From the IMG/VR virus record IMGVR_UViG_2698536392_000006: DNA of 5,236 bases; one strand, 5' to 3'. Each line of letters opens with the position of its first letter. Within the stretch, counting starts at the first letter, position 1. Made by a program: the position numbers and the translations under genes. Below are positions 1-5,236 of this stretch, in pieces. This DNA comes from a virus (lineage: Duplodnaviria; Heunggongvirae; Uroviricota; Caudoviricetes). The notes below the pieces were generated by a model. The model did not search any database. It saw only the letters and a program-made list of their open reading frames with translations, and was not told the DNA's origin.

Positions 1-225
1 AATAGCAGAGAGCTTCGTGAAAACGATAAAGCGTGACTACATCAGTATCATGCCCAAACCAGACGGGTTAACGGCAGCAAAGAACCTTGCAGAGGCGTTC
101 GAGCATTATAACGAATGGCATCCGCATAGTGCGCTGGGTTATCGCTCGCCACGGGAATATCTGCGGCAGCGGGCTTGTAATGGGTTAAGTGATAACAGAT
201 GTCTGGAAATATAGGGGCAAATCCA
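1..225 (+). mobile_element. IS2 (IS3 family) 3' portion, partial at window edge; right terminus (IRR) ends ...GGGGCAAATCCA at 225
   Basis: The encoded C-terminus (...[31 protein letters not shown]) matches my recollection of IS2 InsD (OrfB). The terminal sequence TGTCTGGAAATATAGGGGCAAATCCA matches the IS2 right end as I recall it. Nucleotides 1-225 are about 96% identical to the reverse complement of 4907-5131. Confidence 0.85.
2..214 (+). CDS. insD: IS2 transposase InsD (OrfB), C-terminal fragment; 5' end lies outside the window
   Basis: The frame is open from the window edge ([13 protein letters not shown]...) to TAG at 212-214. The integrase-core C-terminal motif [18 protein letters not shown] is typical of IS3-family OrfB. 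The ORF track start at 17 is an internal GTG. Confidence 0.85.
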
Positions 226-348
226 CCCGACCAGCTCGTCAGGCGTCAGATTTTCGTTGACCATAATCTGCTGTAGACGGTGAACAATATCCATCAGCTT
301 GATATTTTTAGTGTTATGTTGCGGTATCTCGCCTGGTATTCCGTGCAT
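226..348 (-). pseudogene. 5' remnant (41 codons, MHGIPGEIPQHNTKNIKLMDIVHRLQQIMVNENLTPDELVG...) of an unknown gene truncated by the left IS2
   Basis: ATG at 348-346 overlaps the TAA stop of the upstream DUF3850-like gene (TAATG), the same coupling pattern seen elsewhere in this operon. The frame runs uninterrupted into the IS2 terminus at 225, giving the chimeric track ORF 139..360. Confidence 0.4.
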
Positions 349-752
349 TATCCAAGCCACCCGTTTTGCTTTGCACTCTCAATCTGTTCATCTGAATAGT
401 TCCATGCTCCATCCGTGGCAACCATTGCCCCGCCAGACATCCCCGTCTCTGGTTCATACATAACAGCAAGGCCGAGCTGATGCATAATTTCATGATTAAT
501 TCTGAATACCAGACCACGCTCACTAAGTTCTTTCCAGTTCACAATCTCATATGCGCTTGTATTAAGCAGCTCAATACTTAGCAAGACATAATCTTCCAGC
601 CAGTCTGACAGGTCAGTAACATCTGTTATCCGGGCTTCAACCTTTCGCCCCGTAAACACACCCTGCACCCATTCATGCAAAATCAGCGTGTCCCCGCGCT
701 CATAATTACGGTCATTTTTCCGAAACTCTGCACGTTTCTTTCCTTCCAGCAC
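348..752 (-). CDS. DUF3850/ASCH-like (PUA-fold) protein with an uncharacterised C-terminal extension; the 5' end appears frameshifted, so the annotated GTG start is probably not the native start
   Basis: The translation GKKRAEFRKNDRNYERGDTLILHEW...GRKVEARITDV fits the ASCH/DUF3850 pattern as I recall it. The same frame continues upstream of the GTG as HEVKLHAKYFDLV, the expected N-terminal motif, with no in-frame ATG. An SD (GGAG) plus ATG lies at 799 in the +1 frame. Confidence 0.55.
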   Translation of the reverse strand: MLEGKKRAEFRKNDRNYERGDTLILHEWVQGVFTGRKVEARITDVTDLSDWLEDYVLLSIELLNTSAYEIVNWKELSERGLVFRINHEIMHQLGLAVMYEPETGMSGGAMVATDGAWNYSDEQIESAKQNGWLG

Positions 753-3084
753 AAGGTCGAAATATTTTGCGTGCAGCTTTACCTCGTGAATTTTGCCATG
801 ATGTCCACTCCATTACTGTTGAGAATCCCGGCCACTCATCAGTGACCGGATACGTGAATTTTTTCCCGTCATAATTTACGGTCGCGCCACGCGCCAGCGC
901 CTCAAGTTCCCATCGCTGAGGCCAGATGCCGTTCTGAGCAAGGTCAACACGGATACGGGTAATTTGCATACGCTCCGACCGGGTCAGCCTGGCCGATGGC
1001 GCTATTTCATTCGGTTTTAACGGGCTTCCGTTTCTTTGCTGACGGTTTGGTGTTCTCAGGCCGTGTTTTAATGCGCCCCTGAGCGCCCTCACGACCTCCG
1101 GGTCATTCCATTCGATAACACCGTCATCAACCAGATTAAGCACGGCTGCGGCGTGCTCAGAAGGTGTGGGAGCCGGTAACGAAGTATCACCACCGGTGAG
1201 CTTTCCACAGTTATTGACAGGACTCCGAGGCGCGGCGATGCCGCTTTTTAAAGTCAAAGGCTCCACGACCGGAACTTTCGGCACAATGCGCCAGTCCGTC
1301 GTTCTGGTGATATGAATATGACGCGCGCCGAGATGCGGCGCGTAAATGCCGACCACTCTCTCGACTTCTTCCTCGTACTCGTTAACTTCATCCGACGGGC
1401 TACGGGCGACTCTGACAGTCTGGCAATCGCGCGGAACATTTGCCCCACCCTGCGCACTGATATACAACGCAAAATCGCCACTGTCTGCGGCAGTGCGTGC
1501 AGCCTCGACGCGTTCGTCAAACTCATCAGCAATGCTGACGCCGCGAGGCAATTTGCGTAGTTCACGGTAAGCCCCCATTGTCGGCAGACCAACCGTTTTA
1601 AATTGCGGGATGCGCCACGTTGACGCCCATGCAGTAACAGCCGCGGCAGTATCTTTCAGAGGTCTGCCGGTATCGTTATCGAGCTGACCATCCAGTGCAT
1701 AGCCGTCGATGTTTTTTGAGATGTATTTCGCGATATACCCCGCAGCACCGCCCCGATTAAGGTGTTTTGCCTGAAAACGGTTTCGCGCAGCTCCTCTTTC
1801 GTCGCCATCCTCTTTGAGCGCATAGCGACGCATGATTTCGATAATCTGGTTACGCTGGCGCGGATTACAAAAAAGCATCATATGCCAGTGCGGCGTTCCG
1901 TCGTGGTGTGGCTCGACGACACGCAAACCGTAGACCTGTAAATCATTATCCTTGAATGCCGTGCGCATCAGGCTCCAGATACGGCAGAGATAACGCTGCG
2001 CATCCTTTGGATTAAATGCCTCATCGTTCCAGCCGTGATTTAGCTGGACGGTTTTACTTTCGCCTTTTCCAACCTGACGTGTCTGGTGATACTTTGACGG
2101 CGCGGTCAGCGTGATAAACATCCCCACATCACCCTCTGCTGCGGCGTAACGCTCAATACCGGCAATGGTGTTCATCAGCTCCATCCGGCGAATTTCAGGA
2201 TTAGAAATACTGCCCATCACCTTACTGATAAGGTCGATGCGCTCGCCGGTTTCCCTGTTTTCGAGATCACACGATTTAAGAAATTCCAGATTTGCCTGGC
2301 GGCGTGCACGCACATCACGAATGGCATGTTTACTGGCATAAGGAGAACGGTCTTTATTGACCTCCCCGACAGCAATCAGTAACGCCTCATGCCAGCGCAT
2401 ACGCTGGCCTTTAAGCTGACTAATCCACCACTCATCGTTAAACAGACGGGCAATGGCAGAATATGCCTGCCTCGTGGTCATCTGCCCTTTACGGTATTTT
2501 TTCCAGTAGAGAGGGGAAATATTGAAAGCTCGTGCAGCGCCAGCAACATGACCATACAGATGCGCCTGTGCCTCATCCGTAAACAGCGATTCTTTCTCGC
2601 CATGCGCATCCATCCAGGCATCGCAGAGTTCCTCATACATCATGAAAAGCTGTGATGAGATACGGGCGGCAAACTTTTTCAGCTCCTTGTCATTCATTCC
2701 AGGCAAACGCGCATAATGGTCACGCTCTGCCAGAAACAGCAACGACGCGTCGGTGTTCATTTCATGGCGCTGATTCACACGCTCAATGCGCGGCCATAAA
2801 CGACGCTGAAAAGTGGATGTGAGGAAATAAAACCCGTGCACCGGGCTTTTATTGCGCCGGATGTAGTCATAGCGTGAAGTAAACAGCGAGCGCAAAAAAT
2901 AAGGCAGGCGGTTAATCGTGGATAAAACACCTTGCACCTGACGCATCTCGTCACGTGTAAGAGGTCTTTCGCGCCCGACAGCCTCGCGTGGCGCGTTCCA
3001 TGCATAAGCACCAGTAAACGCCTTACCGGTGCCTGCGGCAAATGCTGACGGAGGGACAAAACGCCCTGAGGCTTTAACGGCCAT
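712..3084 (-). CDS. A: Phage P2 gpA-like replication initiation protein (rolling-circle HUH endonuclease, Rep superfamily)
   Basis: HUH motif (H-W-H) is encoded at 1882-1890. The paired catalytic tyrosines in GYIAKYISK (Y-x3-Y) are encoded at 1735-1737 and 1723-1725, as in phiX174 gpA and P2 A. Size is about 790 aa from ATG 3084 (the track's 804 aa starts at an upstream TTG). Position at the end of a B...A operon matches P2. The 3' end at 712 may be artificially extended by the frameshift at 791-794. Confidence 0.85.
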   Translation of the reverse strand: MAVKASGRFVPPSAFAAGTGKAFTGAYAWNAPREAVGRERPLTRDEMRQVQGVLSTINRLPYFLRSLFTSRYDYIRRNKSPVHGFYFLTSTFQRRLWPRIERVNQRHEMNTDASLLFLAERDHYARLPGMNDKELKKFAARISSQLFMMYEELCDAWMDAHGEKESLFTDEAQAHLYGHVAGAARAFNISPLYWKKYRKGQMTTRQAYSAIARLFNDEWWISQLKGQRMRWHEALLIAVGEVNKDRSPYASKHAIRDVRARRQANLEFLKSCDLENRETGERIDLISKVMGSISNPEIRRMELMNTIAGIERYAAAEGDVGMFITLTAPSKYHQTRQVGKGESKTVQLNHGWNDEAFNPKDAQRYLCRIWSLMRTAFKDNDLQVYGLRVVEPHHDGTPHWHMMLFCNPRQRNQIIEIMRRYALKEDGDERGAARNRFQAKHLNRGGAAGYIAKYISKNIDGYALDGQLDNDTGRPLKDTAAAVTAWASTWRIPQFKTVGLPTMGAYRELRKLPRGVSIADEFDERVEAARTAADSGDFALYISAQGGANVPRDCQTVRVARSPSDEVNEYEEEVERVVGIYAPHLGARHIHITRTTDWRIVPKVPVVEPLTLKSGIAAPRSPVNNCGKLTGGDTSLPAPTPSEHAAAVLNLVDDGVIEWNDPEVVRALRGALKHGLRTPNRQQRNGSPLKPNEIAPSARLTRSERMQITRIRVDLAQNGIWPQRWELEALARGATVNYDGKKFTYPVTDEWPGFSTVMEWTSWQNSRGKAARKIFRPCAGRKETCRVSEK
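1211..1240 (-). other. Candidate P2-type ori / gpA nick region inside the A coding sequence
   Basis: The minus strand reads CATCGCCGCGCCTCGGAGTCCTGTCAATAA. P2 ori is known to lie within gene A, and this sequence resembles my recollection of the P2 nick region. This is unverified. Confidence 0.3.
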
Positions 3085-3349
3085 GTGAGCCAAAAGCCTT
3101 TGAACAACGCCTGCTGAGTTGCTCAACCTGCGCGTTTAAATCGGCAAAAGATTTTGCGCTTCCGGTCAGAATATCGTGATGCATCAGGCCGGAAACGAGC
3201 TGGCTTAATTTCGGGTAATAACCAACCACCGCCAGCCATTCCTGACCGGCGTTTTTACCGCTTTCCGCTCTCTTTTTCTCGTGGAGAATAAACTGAAAGC
3301 TGTCACTGGTAACGACATAACGTTCGCCAATTTCAATACGAATACTCAT
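3074..3349 (-). CDS. Hypothetical protein, 91 aa (P2 orf83-like by position)
   Basis: The ATG start at 3349 overlaps the upstream TGA (ATGA). The 3' end overlaps the A start by 11 nt. Assignment is by synteny only. Confidence 0.55.
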   Translation of the reverse strand: MSIRIEIGERYVVTSDSFQFILHEKKRAESGKNAGQEWLAVVGYYPKLSQLVSGLMHHDILTGSAKSFADLNAQVEQLSRRCSKAFGSHGR

Positions 3350-3570
3350 GCCGTTCTCCGGTAATGTTTGTTTTTTGCTTCAAAGACTGACTGACAGGAA
3401 ACACAACGCGTGGCTGACGGATAAGCCGCACGACGGGCAGCAGGTATTGGCGCGTCACACTCTTCGCAAACCAGCGCAGAAGCACCGCAATGTTTTACCC
3501 TTGCCGCGTTAATCTGGCGCTCCAGTAATTCAGCCTGTTGTTCCTGAATAAAATCTACGTTGTCCGGCAT
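3346..3570 (-). CDS. TraR/DksA-family C4 zinc-finger protein, 74 aa (P2 orf82-like)
   Basis: The translation contains C-x2-C-x17-C-x2-C (CEEC...17 aa...CVSC), the canonical DksA/TraR zinc-finger spacing. The start overlaps the upstream stop as TAATG. Confidence 0.8.
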   Translation of the reverse strand: MPDNVDFIQEQQAELLERQINAARVKHCGASALVCEECDAPIPAARRAAYPSATRCVSCQSVFEAKNKHYRRTA

Positions 3571-3872
3571 TACCAGTTCCTTTTGTCGTTAAGGTTTTTA
3601 AATTCATCAGCGCAATAGCTGGCGATTTCTGTCGTTAATTTCGTCAGTTCATCCACGGAGGAGATTTGCTTGTGAAACACAGCGCGTTTAACAAGTAAAT
3701 TGACCACATCAGACAGGAGGTTTAATTCGTTCTGATAAATCGCGATAACAGACTCAGTTATTTCGCGTTTTTCTTTATCAAGACCAAGTTGAATAAGAGA
3801 CAAATCGCCATTTTTCATAACGGCGATTTTTAAGGCGTTATTCAATAATACAACTGAACGAGAACAGGACAT
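3570..3872 (-). CDS. Hypothetical protein, 100 aa (P2 orf81-like by position); AT-rich
   Basis: ATG at 3872 overlaps the upstream TGA (TGATG); the track's TTG start at 3875 is one codon further upstream. GC is about 38% by hand count, against about 54% in A. Confidence 0.55.
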   Translation of the reverse strand: MSCSRSVVLLNNALKIAVMKNGDLSLIQLGLDKEKREITESVIAIYQNELNLLSDVVNLLVKRAVFHKQISSVDELTKLTTEIASYCADEFKNLNDKRNW

Positions 3873-4096
3873 CAAAGCATCTCCCCGCGAGACAATCCGA
3901 TATTGTGAAATTTTTCCGACTCCTGACTGAGCAGCTCGACTATCTCCACGCGGGATAACTCCGCCTTTGTGATGTGGCGAATCATGGCATCAAGATGAGA
4001 AGAAAAGCGCGTCGCAGCGTCGGCCTGTGCTTCGGTTCTGGCCTGTTGCAGCAGTAATGCGTATATACCGCACTGATTTTCAGAAACTGTATGCAT
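3872..4096 (-). CDS. Hypothetical protein, 74 aa (P2 orf80-like by position)
   Basis: ATG at 4096 is preceded by GGAG with 6-nt spacing. Assignment is by synteny only. Confidence 0.55.
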   Translation of the reverse strand: MHTVSENQCGIYALLLQQARTEAQADAATRFSSHLDAMIRHITKAELSRVEIVELLSQESEKFHNIGLSRGEML

Positions 4097-4159
4097 AACT
4101 TTCTCCAGGCAAAAAGAAGCCCCGCACGATTAAGTGCGTTAAAAACTCTGGTTAATTAC

Positions 4160-4660
4160 TTAATGCAGATATTGCTCTGGTTTTACCGACGTCAGAATTG
4201 TCGGTACATACTCAAACAGGCTGAATAATTCACGTAATGCACGAAATAAAGCATCACGCCAGTAACATGACTCTTCATTAATTCGCCAGTATGGCTGGTT
4301 GAATTCTTTTTCAGTCAGTCCGGCATGCATAAATAAAGTACGACGCTGACTGACTGTTAAAAAACTAATATATGCATACTCACTTGCGCCAACCTGACGG
4401 CGTTTTGAGAATGCCCCACGCAATTCATCAATTGCACAAACCAGCCGTTCACGTTCGACGTCGTTCATTTCTTCAAAACGCATCGTTGCGTGACGTTGTT
4501 TTAACTGCGCATGAAAGCAAACTGTTAGCCGTTCGAGCTCCATCATCTGATTATAATAATCACATGTATCCTGCCAGCGAGGAACGGCAAGATGCTTACC
4601 AATTATCCGGCGCATAGCTGCTGGCTGTTTTTCAACGAGATTGAGCGTCATCACTGTCAT
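4160..4660 (-). CDS. B: P2 gpB-like replication protein (helicase-loader function in P2), 166 aa
   Basis: Assignment is by size (166 aa, as I recall for P2 B) and position in the operon two to five genes upstream of A. The ATG start overlaps the stop of the preceding small ORF (ATGA). I recognise no diagnostic motif. Confidence 0.55.
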   Translation of the reverse strand: MTVMTLNLVEKQPAAMRRIIGKHLAVPRWQDTCDYYNQMMELERLTVCFHAQLKQRHATMRFEEMNDVERERLVCAIDELRGAFSKRRQVGASEYAYISFLTVSQRRTLFMHAGLTEKEFNQPYWRINEESCYWRDALFRALRELFSLFEYVPTILTSVKPEQYLH

Positions 4661-4827
4661 TTCCAGGCCCTCCGGCTTTTCAGAAAGGTCAGAGCCTTTT
4701 TTAACGGACTCTGTTTTTTGGTGCGGATAATGATTCCCTTACGCCCCTTACCGTGGGTGATGGTGAAGTCAATCGCCCTTGGGCTTTCGTTACGCAATAA
4801 CTGAGCAATACAACGAGGTTCCGGCAT
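4657..4827 (-). CDS. Small hypothetical protein, 56 aa (P2 orf78-like by position)
   Basis: ATG at 4827 is preceded by a strong SD, AGGAGGAG (4830-4837). The track's 82-aa version starts at a TTG abutting the IS2 end and is probably an artefactual extension. Confidence 0.5.
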   Translation of the reverse strand: MPEPRCIAQLLRNESPRAIDFTITHGKGRKGIIIRTKKQSPLKKALTFLKSRRAWK

Positions 4828-4829
4828 AA

Positions 4830-4837
4830 CTCCTCCT
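4830..4837 (-). promoter_or_regulatory. Shine-Dalgarno sequence (AGGAGGAG) for the orf78-like gene
   Basis: The purine-rich anti-SD complement lies immediately upstream of ATG 4827. Confidence 0.6.
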
Positions 4838-4906
4838 GAAACAGAGCCGGTTTTTAGCCATGTCCGGCACATGGTCTTGTGGTAAGATCGAATCGCCAAA
4901 AACAAC

Positions 4907-5236
4907 TGGATTTGCCCCTATATTTCCAGACACCTGTTATCACTTAACCCATTACTGGCTTGCTGCCGTAGATATTCCCGTGGCGAGCGATAACCCAGTG
5001 CACTATGCGGATACCATTCGTTATAATGCTCGAACGCCTCTGCAAGGTTCTTTGCTGCCGTTAACCCGTCTGGTTTGGGCATGATACTGATGTAGTCACG
5101 CTTTATCGTTTTCACGAAGCTCTCTGCTATTCCGTTACTCTCCGGACTCCGCACCGCCGTGTTCTTCGGTTCAAGTCCCAACATCCGGGCGAACTGGCGT
5201 GTTTCATTAGTCCGGTAGCATGAACCATTATCCGTC
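4907..5236 (-). mobile_element. IS2 variant, 3' portion, partial at window edge; right terminus (IRR) abuts the prophage DNA at 4907
   Basis: The plus strand from 4907 reads TGGATTTGCCCCTATATTTCCAGACA, the reverse complement of the IS2 right end. It shows about 8 mismatches in 225 bp against the left copy. Confidence 0.85.
4918..5235 (-). CDS. insD: IS2 transposase InsD (OrfB) variant, C-terminal fragment; 5' end lies outside the window
   Basis: The frame is open from the window edge ([40 protein letters not shown]...) to a stop at 4918. It shows amino-acid differences from the left copy (H to Y, R to Q, C to S). Confidence 0.85.
   Translation of the reverse strand, partial: TDNGSCYRTNETRQFARMLGLEPKNTAVRSPESNGIAESFVKTIKRDYISIMPKPDGLTAAKNLAEAFEHYNEWYPHSALGYRSPREYLRQQASNGLSDNRCLEI

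Noticed and set aside
139-360. 73-aa ORF spanning the left IS2 junction
   Set aside because: It is a chimera: its 5' part is the truncated prophage gene and its 3' part is antisense IS2 sequence. It starts at a GTG inside the DUF3850 gene's 3' end. Only the 226-348 remnant is meaningful.
314-523. 69-aa ORF on the minus strand overlapping the DUF3850-like gene
   Set aside because: It is an alternative frame of a region already explained by a domain-bearing ORF, with no supporting signals.
1254-1592. Overlapping track ORFs inside gene A on both strands (1254..1592 -, 1312..1560 +, 1346..1570 +, and also 2389..2655 + and 2775..3107 -)
   Set aside because: They lie wholly within the well-supported A coding sequence in alternative frames or antisense, with no RBS or recognisable motifs. 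They are most likely by-products of the GC-rich composition.
4124-4139. Hairpin (CGCAC-GATTAA-GTGCG) in the B to orf80 spacer as an intrinsic terminator or attenuator
   Set aside because: The stem is only 5 bp and the downstream T-run is separated from it by GGGGCTTC. This is too weak to call.
4372-4804. Plus-strand ORFs 4372..4617 and 4592..4804, antisense to B and orf78
   Set aside because: They are antisense to better-supported genes and show no RBS or motif.
4859-4876. Short inverted repeat CCATGT-ccggc-ACATGG upstream of the orf78-like gene as an operator
   Set aside because: It has 6-bp arms and no second copy. It does not resemble what I recall of P2 C operators (direct repeats), so it is probably chance.
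4657-4905. 82-aa TTG-initiated version of the orf78-like gene
   Set aside because: The TTG sits 2 bp from the IS2 terminus with no SD, whereas an internal ATG at 4827 has a strong AGGAGGAG SD. The upstream open frame of 26 codons is within chance expectation.
4860-5084. 74-aa plus-strand ORF crossing the right IS2 junction
   Set aside because: It is antisense to the IS2 InsD coding region and spans the insertion boundary, so it is a chance ORF.
1-5236. Composite transposon (IS2, cargo, IS2) carrying the replicon
   Set aside because: Both inward ends are IRR and both outward ends are IRL, and the copies are about 3.5% diverged. IS2 transposition pairs an IRR with an IRL, so this geometry does not make an obvious mobilisable unit.
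1-5236. CRISPR arrays, tRNA or rRNA genes, integrase/att sites
   Set aside because: I found no direct-repeat/spacer periodicity, no cloverleaf-like candidates and no integrase-like ORF. The P2 int/attP region, if present, would lie beyond the right IS2.

Overview
This window appears to be the early/replication operon of a P2-like temperate phage (Enterobacteriaceae, probably an Escherichia or Shigella prophage), all on the minus strand, cut on both sides by two partial IS2 copies in inverted orientation. The gene order matches P2 orf78-B-orf80-orf81-orf82-orf83-A: a 56-aa ORF, a 166-aa gpB-like protein, 74-aa and 100-aa hypotheticals, a TraR/DksA zinc-finger protein, a 91-aa hypothetical, and the gpA-like rolling-circle initiator. 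Downstream of A lie a DUF3850/ASCH-like gene with an apparent 5' frameshift and the first 41 codons of a gene truncated by the left IS2. The left IS2 (1-225, + strand) looks canonical, while the right IS2 (4907-5236, - strand) is a diverged variant. I see no rRNA, tRNA or CRISPR array and no clearly novel system; the most unusual points are the single-base frameshift linking A and the downstream gene, the IS2 geometry around a self-contained replicon module, and the uncharacterised genes in the accessory slot after A. All assignments rest on motif reading, synteny and recollection of P2 and IS2, not on database searches.
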